DNA of 64,000 nucleotides from Oscillospiraceae bacterium (GTDB lineage Bacteria; Bacillota; Clostridia; Oscillospirales; Acutalibacteraceae): NCBI GenBank assembly GCA_022763825.1, contig JALEQX010000066.1, positions 12,888 to 76,887 of the forward strand, read 5' to 3'. Shown piece by piece: positions 25,838 to 35,393 of this stretch (position 1 is its first letter; each line of letters starts with the position of its first letter). The notes under the pieces were generated by a model. It saw only the letters and a program-made list of their open reading frames with translations, ran no database searches and was not told where the DNA came from. The position numbers and the translations under genes were made by a program.

Positions 25838-28078
25838 TCAGTCCGACACATCCACGTTTGTCTTGAAGTAAACCGTTATTACCTCGCCCATTTCCGCCTG
25901 AGTATTCTTTTCAATGCTCTGTTTATACGCGTAAACCGCCGAGGAGTTATTACTTCCAGAAATTCTGATATTCAGTCCGCTGTTCGTCGCCGCATAATTA
26001 GCCTGAGATACCGTCATACCCGTAAAGTCGGGAACGGTAACGGTTCTGTGCGACTCGGACGAATCCGTATACACAACGATAACGCCGTCGGAGGGAATAG
26101 ATCTTCCGCTCTCGGGATACTGCGAAACAACCTTATCACCGTCTCCTACAACGGTAACGGTAATACTGCCCGAATTCTGCGAGGATTTCGCTTCGCTGAC
26201 GGAAAGACCTACGAGATTGGGCGCAGTCTTTGCAAGGCTTTCGAGCTCCTCGTCCGAATAAACGGGGTCGACGCCGAGCGACGGGAGTATCTGTTCGAAA
26301 ACACGGCACGCAACGGGAGCCGCGATAGCTCCGCCGCCGTGGTCACCTACCGGCTCGTCGACGATTATCAGAACAGCTATTTCGGGGTCGTCGGCAGGCG
26401 CGAATCCGCAGAACGAAGCGATATAAACCTCTTCTCCGTTTTCGGCATTGAGCTTTTCGAGCTTTTCGGAAGTACCCGTTTTACCCGCTACGTGATAGCC
26501 GGGAACGTAAGCGTTTTTACCTGTACCCGACGATACGACCTGCTCCATTGCGGAACGTATTATCTTCGCGGTGTCCTCGCTTATAACCTGACGTTTTACA
26601 ACAGGCTGAGTTTTCGAAACGGTGTTGCCCTGCTGATCAACGGTTTTGTCGACTATATACGGAGTCATAAGTTTTCCGCCGTTGGCTACCGCGGATATGG
26701 CGGTAATCATCTGAATCGGCGTTACCTTAAACGACTGACCGAACGAATATGACGCAAGATCCGACTTCGTAAAATCGCTCTCGCTTTTATAAAGTATACC
26801 GGCGGCGGGACTGCTCTCGGCGGGGAGGTCTACCCCCGTAGCCTCGGTCAGTCCGAACGTGTCGAAATATTTGTAATAAGTCTCCTGTCCGAGCTCGCTT
26901 GCAAGCGTAACGGCGAACGGGTTGCATGAATTTTTAAGAAGGTCGACAAACGTTTCGCTTCCGTGACCGCCGTGTTTCCAGCAGTTTATATGTCTCGTCG
27001 CATAGTCGATTGAGCCCGAGCAGTAGTACGACGTGTTAAGGTCTGCCACGCCCTCCTCGATAGCGGCTGACGCCGTTATGACTTTAAATACGGAACCGGG
27101 TTCGTATGTATCGCTTACGGCTCTGTTTCTCCACTGCGAATAGTTTGCGGTAAGCTCAGCCTCGCTCTTTTCTTTTTTATCCGTAATCTCATTTATTTTT
27201 TCGACAAGTCTCTGATCCGTTATCGTGTACGGGTCGTTTAAGTCGTAATCGGGAAGCGAAGCCATACCGAGTATCGCACCCGTGTCAACGTCCATTACAA
27301 TTCCGTAGGCATACGACGCGTTCGTGTCCTCAAGCGCCTGGGTAAGAGAACTTTCGAGCGAGTGCTGAACGAACGAATCGAGAGTGAGCACAAGGTCAAG
27401 TCCGTTCTGCGCGTCGTACGTAGTTTCGTATTTATTCGGAAGTTCGGACATCATACCGTCCCTCGTCGTGATTCGTCTGCCCGCAACGCCGGACAGCTCG
27501 TCATCGTAATAAGCCTCGAGTCCGTACCTGCCCTTGCCGTCGGTATCGGTAAATCCGATAACCGATGAAGCAAGCGTACCGTAGGGGTAATATCTTTTAG
27601 TATCGGGGTCAATACAGATTATATTTCCGAGTTTGTTTTTCGAAATAAACTCCGTCAGTTCGTCTTTGGTTTCTTTTTCAATCTTGCTTTTAAGAAGCTG
27701 ATAGGAATAGTTAAGCTCTGTATATCCGCGGAGCTTTTCTTTATCTATATCGAGGATTTTCGAAACGTTCTCGATTATAAGCTCTCGGGTCTCCTCTCTT
27801 GTTTTTTCGTTTGAAATATTGTTAATTTTGGAGGGATTCATATACGCAAGCCATACGGACGCGCTCTTTGCGAGTATGTTCATATCCGAATCGTATATTG
27901 TTCCTCTCGCGGCGCTTAACTGCGTATCGCTTAACTGCTGGCTTTCCGCCTTCGCTTTATAATCGTCGCCTTTGAAAACCTGAATATATCCGACTCTCAA
28001 TAAAAGCGAAACCGAGAGAAGACTAACGATTATGAGAGCAAAATATCCTCTTTTTTTGCGTGTATCTATCTTTTTCAC
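25838..28078 (-). CDS. Class B penicillin-binding transpeptidase (FtsI/PBP2B/SpoVD-like) with two C-terminal PASTA domains
   Basis: SxxK 'GSVFKV', 'SCN' and 'KTGTS'. PASTA repeats 'APNLVGLSVSEA' and 'VPDFTGMTVSQA'. The start is uncertain: GTG at 28078 after GGAG, with alternatives ATG 28111 and ATG 28156. Confidence 0.9.
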   Translation of the reverse strand: MKKIDTRKKRGYFALIIVSLLSVSLLLRVGYIQVFKGDDYKAKAESQQLSDTQLSAARGTIYDSDMNILAKSASVWLAYMNPSKINNISNEKTREETRELIIENVSKILDIDKEKLRGYTELNYSYQLLKSKIEKETKDELTEFISKNKLGNIICIDPDTKRYYPYGTLASSVIGFTDTDGKGRYGLEAYYDDELSGVAGRRITTRDGMMSELPNKYETTYDAQNGLDLVLTLDSFVQHSLESSLTQALEDTNASYAYGIVMDVDTGAILGMASLPDYDLNDPYTITDQRLVEKINEITDKKEKSEAELTANYSQWRNRAVSDTYEPGSVFKVITASAAIEEGVADLNTSYYCSGSIDYATRHINCWKHGGHGSETFVDLLKNSCNPFAVTLASELGQETYYKYFDTFGLTEATGVDLPAESSPAAGILYKSESDFTKSDLASYSFGQSFKVTPIQMITAISAVANGGKLMTPYIVDKTVDQQGNTVSKTQPVVKRQVISEDTAKIIRSAMEQVVSSGTGKNAYVPGYHVAGKTGTSEKLEKLNAENGEEVYIASFCGFAPADDPEIAVLIIVDEPVGDHGGGAIAAPVACRVFEQILPSLGVDPVYSDEELESLAKTAPNLVGLSVSEAKSSQNSGSITVTVVGDGDKVVSQYPESGRSIPSDGVIVVYTDSSESHRTVTVPDFTGMTVSQANYAATNSGLNIRISGSNNSSAVYAYKQSIEKNTQAEMGEVITVYFKTNVDVSD

Positions 28079-28118
28079 TGTAATTTTGCTCCTTTCGTCA
28101 CTGCCCGCCATATTGCCA

Positions 28119-28148
28119 TAAAAAGGGCGAAACAAAATTTCGCCCTTT
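28119..28148 (-). terminator. Terminator-like hairpin between ftsL and the PBP gene (possible internal attenuator)
   Basis: Minus strand reads agggcgaaa-ttttg-tttcgccct followed by TTTTTA. Confidence 0.45.
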
Positions 28149-28188
28149 ATAATCATGTCTATTGGACGGGGCTAAAAAATATGCCCCG

Positions 28189-28752
28189 TTATTTATATTC
28201 TTTATTTCCCGAAAAAACGACCTGATCGCCGTCACATACATTAAAATATGTAATCTTGTAATTCTCGAGTTTTACCATTCCGAGAACGTTAACCGCATAA
28301 TCCTCAACTTTGTCAAGCGATATCATAGAGTCGAGCTGAGTCTGAAGTCTGACCTGTTCGCTTTTAGCCTCGGATATACGCGAGTCAACCGTCGTTATCT
28401 CCCTGCCGATATTGTCTATTGTAACACGGCAATAAATAAGAGAACTTATCATTGAAAACAGAACGAGCGCGAGCGCAATTGTCTTTAATGCCTTTACCGC
28501 GCTTATACGCGTCTGAGCTACAGCCGACTTCGAGGGCTTGTTTTGCTTCATTATCGATATTAATTCGACAAAAAACGACTGCTGAGAAGGCGCGGCCGCC
28601 GGCTGTTTTCTTCTCGGCTGAGGATTTACCCTATCGGGAGCTCTCTTACGCTGAGGCTGTCTCGGCTGCGGATTGTATTTAGGTGCAGACGTACCGTAAT
28701 CGTGCTGCTCGAATAATGAAAAATCATATGCCTCATTACCGTAATAAGCCAA
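28189..28752 (-). CDS. ftsL: FtsL-like septum-formation protein (bitopic, coiled coil)
   Basis: P/Q/R-rich cytoplasmic tail, a single TM helix, then the coiled coil 'ISEAKSEQVRLQTQLD'. It sits between rsmH and the PBP gene. The start is uncertain: TTG 28752 after GGAGAGGGAG, or TTG 28806. Confidence 0.7.
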   Translation of the reverse strand: MAYYGNEAYDFSLFEQHDYGTSAPKYNPQPRQPQRKRAPDRVNPQPRRKQPAAAPSQQSFFVELISIMKQNKPSKSAVAQTRISAVKALKTIALALVLFSMISSLIYCRVTIDNIGREITTVDSRISEAKSEQVRLQTQLDSMISLDKVEDYAVNVLGMVKLENYKITYFNVCDGDQVVFSGNKEYK

Positions 28753-28810
28753 TTTTATAACTCCCTCTCCGCCGATAAACGGCTGTATGTAAACATCCAA
28801 AATCAAAAAA

Positions 28811-29743
28811 TCAAAGTTTTACGACCGCCCTGAGCCGTGCGCTGCGGCTTCTGGGATTAGATTCGACTTCCTCGGGCGACGGGGAAATCGATTTAAACGG
28901 CAGTCTGCCCCGCGGTGTTCGTCCGCAGACGCATACCGGAAAATCCTTAGGGCATATACAGCCCCTGCAAAATTCGTTAAATGTATTTTTTACAATTCTA
29001 TCTTCAAGCGAATGAAACGTTATAACCGCCAGTACTCCGCCGGGCGAGAGAACGTCGAACATATCGTTAAGCGCACCCTCGAGCATGTCAAGCTCGCGGT
29101 TTACGTATATTCTTATCGCTTGAAACGTTCTGCGCGCAGGGTGGCCGTCGCGTTTTGCCTTTGCGGGCATAGACGCCGAAATGATATCGCAAAGTTCGAA
29201 TGTAGTCTCTATCGGTTTCTTTTCTCTTGTTCTTACAATATTTTTAGCAATTGACGAGGCAAACCGCTCCTCGCCGTATTCGTTTATAATCTTAGCAAGT
29301 TCCGGGTATGAAAGCGTGTTGACCGCGTCATATGCCGAAAATCCGCTTTTGCTCATACGCATATCGAGCGGGGCGTCCTTATGAAACGAAAAACCGCGCT
29401 CCGCCGAGTCAAGCTGATATGAGCTGACTCCCAGGTCGGCAAGTATTCCGTCAACACAAGTTAATCCGTTTGATTCGATAACGCTTTTTACATTATCGAA
29501 CACATCGTTTACCACCGTCACGTTTTCATTCCCGTCAAAACGGGAGCGTAGGACTGTCACGGCGTCGGGGTCTCGGTCGAGAGCTATTAAACGGCCTGTG
29601 CCGTCCAGTTTCTCAACGATCTTGGAGGAATGACCTCCGCCGCCGGCAGTCGCATCAAGATATATCCCATTTTTCCTCACGGACAGCGCATCTATGGCTT
29701 CATTCAGAAGAACAGACTTATGATTGAATTCCACAAAGCGCAC
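28811..29743 (-). CDS. rsmH: 16S rRNA (cytosine1402-N4)-methyltransferase RsmH
   Basis: 'HKSVLLNEAI', 'DATAGGGGHS' and 'ITFHSLEDRIVK'. Confidence 0.97.
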   Translation of the reverse strand: MRFVEFNHKSVLLNEAIDALSVRKNGIYLDATAGGGGHSSKIVEKLDGTGRLIALDRDPDAVTVLRSRFDGNENVTVVNDVFDNVKSVIESNGLTCVDGILADLGVSSYQLDSAERGFSFHKDAPLDMRMSKSGFSAYDAVNTLSYPELAKIINEYGEERFASSIAKNIVRTREKKPIETTFELCDIISASMPAKAKRDGHPARRTFQAIRIYVNRELDMLEGALNDMFDVLSPGGVLAVITFHSLEDRIVKNTFNEFCRGCICPKDFPVCVCGRTPRGRLPFKSISPSPEEVESNPRSRSARLRAVVKL

Positions 29744-29758
29744 CGCCTTTCACCGTCA

Positions 29759-30181
29759 TCAGAATTCTATTCCGCTGCTGAGAAGCTCGTCATCCGATTC
29801 TCCCATATAAGAATCCCACTCGTCCTGATCCCAAAGCTCGACTCTGTTATCGGCTCCGAGAACCGCGACGTCCTTTTTCAGATGAGCATGCTCAACAAAA
29901 TCAGGGCTGAGCGTTATACGCCCCTGTTTATCGGTTTCGACCGTCTGCATTTTTGCATAGAGCATACGCTGTTTGCGTCTGTCCTCCGGAGTGCGCGCGC
30001 CTCTCAGCTGTGAGAGAATATCGTTCCACTCGTCATGAGTGTAAATCGCAATGCATCCGTCGGGAGCTTTAAACACAACGAAACTGTCGCCCAAAATCGT
30101 TCGGAATTTGGCGGGGATAAATATTCTGTTCTTTGCGTCGATATTATGCTTATAAGTTCCGCAAAAATGCTGGTTTTCCAC
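29759..30181 (-). CDS. mraZ: Transcriptional regulator MraZ
   Basis: Two SpoVT/AbrB-like repeats, 'DAKNRIFIPAKFR' and 'DKQGRITLSPDF'. GTG start lies 6 nt after GGGAGGGGG. Confidence 0.95.
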   Translation of the reverse strand: MENQHFCGTYKHNIDAKNRIFIPAKFRTILGDSFVVFKAPDGCIAIYTHDEWNDILSQLRGARTPEDRRKQRMLYAKMQTVETDKQGRITLSPDFVEHAHLKKDVAVLGADNRVELWDQDEWDSYMGESDDELLSSGIEF

Positions 30182-30235
30182 CTTTATCCCCCTCCCGAGT
30201 GAAATTTGAGTGCAATTTCACACCCTGTATAGGCT

Positions 30236-30264
30236 ATTATAAAGATAATCAGGAAAAAATGCAA
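30236..30264 (-). promoter_or_regulatory. sigmaA-type promoter of the mraZ/dcw operon
   Basis: Minus strand reads TTGCAT-17 nt-TATAAT. An 8-bp inverted repeat GTGAAATT/AATTTCAC (30199-30221) lies in the leader. Confidence 0.6.
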
Positions 30265-30410
30265 GTGTTTTTTCAATATTTAAGACTATTTAAGAAAAAA
30301 AATTTTCATACACTAATCGTTCCGATGTCGTTTTTCATTATTTGAAATGAAAAAACAAAAAAATCACCGTATTTCCGACGGCGAAAAGACATATATTTAA
30401 GCATTCAGAC

Positions 30411-30441
30411 ATAAAAAAAAGAGAGCCGAAAACGACTCTCT
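30411..30441 (-). terminator. Rho-independent terminator of the ylxM-ffh-rpsP-KH operon
   Basis: Hairpin gagag-ccgaaaacga-ctctc followed by T8 on the - strand. Confidence 0.7.
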
Positions 30442-30468
30442 TCTCGTTAAATTTTACGTTTCGGGCAA

Positions 30469-30702
30469 TCAGTCGATTTCGACCTGAACCTTCATATCTT
30501 TTCTGTTAGCGGTAGCGCGCATAACCGTTCTGATAGCCTTCGCGATTCTGCCCTGTTTACCGATAATTCTTCCCATATCATCGGGAGCGACATGAAGATG
30601 ATAAACTACGATACCTTCCTCGTTAACTTCGTCAACTGTTACGTTGACTGCGGACGGGTCCTCAACAAGGCCCTGTGCGATTGAAACTAATAAATCCTGC
30701 AT
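30469..30702 (-). CDS. KH-domain RNA-binding protein (YlqC/UPF0109)
   Basis: 'DDMGRIIGKQGRIAKAIRTV' contains the GxxG KH motif. It is 77 aa and lies downstream of rpsP, the conserved position. Confidence 0.9.
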   Translation of the reverse strand: MQDLLVSIAQGLVEDPSAVNVTVDEVNEEGIVVYHLHVAPDDMGRIIGKQGRIAKAIRTVMRATANRKDMKVQVEID

Positions 30703-30755
30703 TTTATTTCCTCCTAAACTAACCGTTATATTTAAAGATTTACTTTAAAAACGGA

Positions 30756-31001
30756 TTATTCAACGATACCCTGCTTTTTAAGGATGCTCTTAACCGTATC
30801 GGTGGGCTGAGCGCCGTTCTTGATCCAGGTCTTAGCCTTCTCGGCGTCGATCTTTACGTCAACGGGATCCTTGGTGGGGTTGTAATAACCGATTTCCTCG
30901 ATGAATCTGCCGTCTCTGGGATATCTCGAATCGGCTACAACTATACGATAGAAAGGAGCCTTCTTTGCGCCCATACGGCGAAGACGAATTTTAACTGCCA
31001 T
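30756..31001 (-). CDS. rpsP: 30S ribosomal protein S16
   Basis: '[40 protein letters not shown]'. Confidence 0.98.
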   Translation of the reverse strand: MAVKIRLRRMGAKKAPFYRIVVADSRYPRDGRFIEEIGYYNPTKDPVDVKIDAEKAKTWIKNGAQPTDTVKSILKKQGIVE

Positions 31002-31093
31002 TTGTAATTACCTCCAAATAATTAACACAAAAAAATTAAACTGTATTTAAACACCCTTGTGTCTATACCATAATAAATTAATAAATACGAATT

Positions 31094-32461
31094 TTATTTG
31101 CCGGGGAAGCCCATTCCGCCGAGTCCGTTCATACCCGCCATACGGCTCAGGTTACGCATCTTTTTCTTAGAACCCTTACCGCTGAACTGCTTGAACATCT
31201 TCTGCATCTGACGGTACTGGTTGAGAAGTCTGTTTACGTCCTCGACCTGCATTCCGCATCCCGCGGCGATTCTGCGCTTACGGGAGGGATTTATAATGTC
31301 GGGATTCGTACGCTCTTTTTCGGTCATGGAATAGATTATCGAAGCCGTTTTGTCGAGCATTCTGTCATCTATATCCGCGTCCTTGATTTTATTTCCGACT
31401 CCGGGAAGCATGGAGAGCATGTCTTTCATAGAACCCATTTTCTTAACTTCCTGAAGCTGAATAAGCAAATCGTTGAGGTCGAATTTATTTTTTCTTAATT
31501 TTTCCTCAAGCTGAGCCGCTTTCTTCTCATCGAGAGCCGCCTCCGCCTTATCTATAAGGGAAAGAACGTCACCCATTCCGAGAATTCTCGAAGCCATTCG
31601 GTCGGGATGAAACTCGTCGAGATCGTCGAGTTTTTCGCCCACGCCGACAAATTTAATCGGCTTACCCGTTATCGCTCTCGCGGAGAGCGCCGCACCGCCT
31701 CGGGTATCGCCGTCAAGCTTTGTAAGAACGAGACCGTCGATTCCGAGCGCTTCGTTAAACGAAGAAGCTACGTTTACAGCGTCCTGTCCGGTCATCGCGT
31801 CGACAACGAGAAGAATCTCGTGAGGCTTGACCTCTGCTTTGATATTTTTAAGCTCCTGCATGAGCTGTTCGTCTATATGAAGACGTCCGGCGGTATCAAG
31901 GAATACGTAATCGTAACCCTGATCCTTTGCGTACTTTACGGCTTCCTTTGCGATAATAACGGGGTTCTCGGTTCCGCGTTCGAATACGGGAACGCCAACC
32001 TGTTCGCCGACAACCTGTAACTGCTTGATAGCGGCTGGTCTGTAAATATCGCACGCTACGAGAAGCGGTCTGTGTCCCTGAGCCTTGAGCCGTTTTGCAA
32101 TTTTTGCGCAGTGGGTGGTTTTACCGGAACCCTGAAGTCCGCACATCATGACTACCGTCGGGGGATGAGCCGCCGTCGTAAGTCTGGACTGCGTACCGCC
32201 CATCAAAGCGGTGAGTTCCTGATTGACAATTTTTATAACCATCTGCGCGGGAGTAAGACTTTCGGTTACCTTAGCGCCTATTGCCTTCTCCGTTACCGAA
32301 GCTGTAAAATCCTTCGCGACTTTATAGCTGACGTCAGCCTCGAGCAATGCAAGACGAACCTCTCGCATAGCCTCCTTAACGTCGGCTTCTGTAAGACTGC
32401 CCTTGCTTCTCAGCTTTTTAAAAGCGGCCTCTAATTTGTCGGAAAGTCCTTCAAATGCCAT
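31094..32461 (-). CDS. ffh: Signal recognition particle protein Ffh
   Basis: 'GLQGSGKTT', 'DTAGRL' and 'TKLDGD' of the SRP54 GTPase, plus a Met-rich M domain. Confidence 0.98.
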   Translation of the reverse strand: MAFEGLSDKLEAAFKKLRSKGSLTEADVKEAMREVRLALLEADVSYKVAKDFTASVTEKAIGAKVTESLTPAQMVIKIVNQELTALMGGTQSRLTTAAHPPTVVMMCGLQGSGKTTHCAKIAKRLKAQGHRPLLVACDIYRPAAIKQLQVVGEQVGVPVFERGTENPVIIAKEAVKYAKDQGYDYVFLDTAGRLHIDEQLMQELKNIKAEVKPHEILLVVDAMTGQDAVNVASSFNEALGIDGLVLTKLDGDTRGGAALSARAITGKPIKFVGVGEKLDDLDEFHPDRMASRILGMGDVLSLIDKAEAALDEKKAAQLEEKLRKNKFDLNDLLIQLQEVKKMGSMKDMLSMLPGVGNKIKDADIDDRMLDKTASIIYSMTEKERTNPDIINPSRKRRIAAGCGMQVEDVNRLLNQYRQMQKMFKQFSGKGSKKKMRNLSRMAGMNGLGGMGFPGK

Positions 32462-32473
32462 TACTGATACCTC

Positions 32474-32839
32474 TTACTGTTCATTGAGCGCGGCGGCGAC
32501 AGACTGAATTTTAACCGAAAGGTCGTTTATTTCCATCGACAATCCGCATTTAAGGTTTTGCCTGTTTATCTCCGCGGCCGCTTCGGAAATCTCCTCGAGT
32601 CCCGAACGGAGATCCCTGAATTTTTTAACGAACGCGAGTTTTTCCTCCATTTCCTCGAGCTGAGCCTCGGCGCGCTTTATCGAATCGCGCACGCCCTGGC
32701 GCGTAATGCCTACGTTATCGGCAATCTCGGAAAGTGAAAGGTCGTCGTTATAATAATAATCGAGAAATTCTCTCTGTTTTACGGTGAGCATGTCGCCGTA
32801 TACGTCAAGAAGCATGATGATATCCAGATTCTTAGCCAC
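32474..32839 (-). CDS. ylxM: YlxM/UPF0122 putative HTH protein of the SRP operon
   Basis: 'LLDVYGDMLTVKQREFLDYYYNDDLSLSEIA...ITRQGV'. GTG start lies 8 nt after GGGAGG. The N-terminal extension in the track lies in the promoter region. Confidence 0.85.
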   Translation of the reverse strand: MAKNLDIIMLLDVYGDMLTVKQREFLDYYYNDDLSLSEIADNVGITRQGVRDSIKRAEAQLEEMEEKLAFVKKFRDLRSGLEEISEAAAEINRQNLKCGLSMEINDLSVKIQSVAAALNEQ

Positions 32840-32921
32840 CGCAGAAATCCTCCCTCGGATTCCGGCACGAAACGCCGGATTTTGAGTTACATCTGTAAAG
32901 AACAATTGCTTTACAGGCGGT

Positions 32922-32950
32922 ATTATACAACAAAAAAATATCTTTGTCAA
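32922..32950 (-). promoter_or_regulatory. Consensus sigmaA promoter for ylxM-ffh-rpsP
   Basis: Minus strand reads TTGACA-17 nt-TATAAT. The leader contains hairpin ctgtaaag/ctttacag. Confidence 0.7.
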
Positions 32951-32974
32951 GAATTTTTTTCGTCTTTCGGACAA

Positions 32975-35359
32975 TTATTTTGTCTCGGCTATGGTTACTC
33001 CGTTTTCGCCCTCGCCGAATGTTCCCAGACGGTACGATTTTATCTGCGGATGTCGTTTTAAATGCTGTTGAACCGCAGAACGCAGAACGCCCGTTCCCTT
33101 GCCGTGTATAATTGTAAACTCCTTAAGTCCCGCCATAACCATGCTGTCTATAAACGAGTCAAGAGTCATTATCGCTTCCTCGCTTGTCATGCCTCTTAAA
33201 TCGCACCGGGTGCTTACGTCCGCGTTTACACGGCTCTCGCCGACGCGTTTTACATCACTCCTGGTTTTCTGCTTCGGCTTTTCGACAAGACGTAACCTGT
33301 CCGCCTTTACACGGAGCTTCATGATACCCGACTGAACTTCCATTTCTCCGTTTTTATCCGCAAGTGAGAGAACCGTCGCCTCGCTGTTCATACCCGCAAG
33401 CTTTACGGTGTCGCCGACCTTTATGGGTCTAGACAGAACATAACCGTCATCCGCACTTTCGGTAACCGGATTTACTGCGGAATCCACGCCCGCCATACTC
33501 TTTTTGATCTGCGACTTCGCTTTCTGTACGAATTCTGCGTTTCGTCCGCCGTTTTTAAGCTCCTTTTTAAGCTTATCGACTTCGAACATAAGAGAATTCG
33601 CCTCGCGCCTTGCGTTTTCAACGAGTCTCATTGCGTCCGAACGAGCCTTGTCAAATTCCTTACGGCGCATTTCCTCGATGTCCTCGAGTCTCGTCTCGGC
33701 TTTTTTCTTTAACTCTTCGTTCTGCCGTCTTAATTCCTCCGCCTCGGATTTTGCCTTTTCCATTTCGGCTCTGCGCGATTCGAGAGAATCAATAACGTCC
33801 TCAAAACGTATATTCTCACCCGAAACCATTTCCTTCGCCTTTTCTATTACCGACGGGCTGATTCCGAGCTTTTCGCTTATCGCAAACGCATTCGAACGTC
33901 CGGGAACGCCTATTAAAAGTCTGTATGTCGGGCGGAGCGTCGCTACGTCGAATTCACAGCTTCCGTTCTCTACCCTGTCGGTCTGAAGCGCGTACGCCTT
34001 TAACTCCGCATAATGCGTCGTGGCGGCAATCTTCGCGCCCTTCGCTCTTAAATCCTCCAGTATTGATATTGCAAGAGCCGCGCCCTCTACGGGGTCGGTA
34101 CCGGCTCCCAGTTCATCTATTAGAATAAGGCTCGACGAATCAGCGTGTTTAGATATATCTACAATGTTTACCATGTGCGAAGAGAATGTAGACAGCGACT
34201 GCTCTATGCTCTGTTCGTCGCCGATATCGGCAAATACATTTTTAAAAACGCATATTTTGCTGTTGTCCGAAGCGGGAATCATCAGTCCGCACATCGCCAT
34301 CAGCGTTATAAGTCCCAGCGTTTTTATCGATACGGTTTTACCGCCGGTATTCGGTCCCGTTATAACGAGCGAATCAAAATCCCCGCCGAGTCTTATGTCC
34401 ACCGGCACGACCTTGTTTTTATCAAGAAGCGGGTGTCTTGCGCTCTTTATATCTATAATTCCGTTATTATTAAGTATGGGAACAGACGCTTTCATTTTAT
34501 ACGCCAGCTGTGCTTTTGCAAATATAAGATTGAGCTCGCACGCGATTTCATAGCTGTATTTTATCTCGTTTTCGAATTCCCCCGCTTGGGCTGAGAGTTC
34601 CGCAAGAATACGCTCGATTTCATCCTGCTCCTTGCCCTGCAAAACGCGTATCTCGTTGTTTGCCTCAACCACGCTCATCGGCTCTATAAATACCGTCGCT
34701 CCGCTCGCGGACGTGTCGTGGACGAGTCCGGGAATCTCGTTTCTGTATTCATTCTTGACAGGAACTACGAATCTGCCGTTTCTCTGCGTAACTATCGCGT
34801 CCTGCAAATATTTCTGATACGCCGACGAACGCGTTATGGAGTCGAGTTTTTCTCTTACGGACGACGACTGCCTGCGAATCTTCCGTCTTATCTCCGCAAG
34901 CGCGGGCGACGCATTATCGGACAGCTCGTCCTCGTTAAGTACGGCGGTATTGATTTTATCCTCGAAATACTTATTCGGTCTCAATGCCGAAAATTTCGTA
35001 TCAATACCCGTGTCAACGCCCGACTGTCTGTGTCTCCATTCGTAAAGAGAACGTATAACTCTCAAATCCTCACATATCGTCATAAGTTCTCTGATTGACA
35101 AAACTCCGCCCGCGGCGGCTCTTGCCAGCGAATTATTCACATTTTTAAGGCTGCCGAACGACGGTCCGCCGAATTTGGCGAGCAGAATATAGGCCGATTC
35201 GGTCTCGTCCAAAAGTCTCTGCGCGTCTCTTATCTCAGTCTGCGGTTCTATGCGTACGGCTTCATATTTTGAATCCTCGCACGAACAGAACCCCGAGAGC
35301 ATTTCAAGAATTTTGTCAAGCTCCAATGCTTTATAATGTCTGTTATTTTCCGTTGTCAT
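32975..35359 (-). CDS. mutS2: Endonuclease MutS2 (MutS domain V ATPase + Smr)
   Basis: 'ITGPNTGGKT' Walker A, 'DELGAGTDP', a long coiled-coil linker, and the C-terminal Smr 'IIHGKGTGVLR'. The likely start is the ATG at 35359, after GAGGA. Confidence 0.95.
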   Translation of the reverse strand: MTTENNRHYKALELDKILEMLSGFCSCEDSKYEAVRIEPQTEIRDAQRLLDETESAYILLAKFGGPSFGSLKNVNNSLARAAAGGVLSIRELMTICEDLRVIRSLYEWRHRQSGVDTGIDTKFSALRPNKYFEDKINTAVLNEDELSDNASPALAEIRRKIRRQSSSVREKLDSITRSSAYQKYLQDAIVTQRNGRFVVPVKNEYRNEIPGLVHDTSASGATVFIEPMSVVEANNEIRVLQGKEQDEIERILAELSAQAGEFENEIKYSYEIACELNLIFAKAQLAYKMKASVPILNNNGIIDIKSARHPLLDKNKVVPVDIRLGGDFDSLVITGPNTGGKTVSIKTLGLITLMAMCGLMIPASDNSKICVFKNVFADIGDEQSIEQSLSTFSSHMVNIVDISKHADSSSLILIDELGAGTDPVEGAALAISILEDLRAKGAKIAATTHYAELKAYALQTDRVENGSCEFDVATLRPTYRLLIGVPGRSNAFAISEKLGISPSVIEKAKEMVSGENIRFEDVIDSLESRRAEMEKAKSEAEELRRQNEELKKKAETRLEDIEEMRRKEFDKARSDAMRLVENARREANSLMFEVDKLKKELKNGGRNAEFVQKAKSQIKKSMAGVDSAVNPVTESADDGYVLSRPIKVGDTVKLAGMNSEATVLSLADKNGEMEVQSGIMKLRVKADRLRLVEKPKQKTRSDVKRVGESRVNADVSTRCDLRGMTSEEAIMTLDSFIDSMVMAGLKEFTIIHGKGTGVLRSAVQQHLKRHPQIKSYRLGTFGEGENGVTIAETK

Positions 35360-35393
35360 TTTTTTATTCCTCATAAATAACGAAACGGTTATT

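Noticed and set aside
26048-26752. 234-aa plus-strand ORF.
   Set aside because: It is antisense to the PBP transpeptidase domain. It has Arg-rich shadow composition.
33504-34594. Several 60-177-aa plus-strand ORFs.
   Set aside because: All are antisense to mutS2. They have Ser/Arg-rich low-complexity translations typical of the reverse frame of a Glu/Lys-rich gene.
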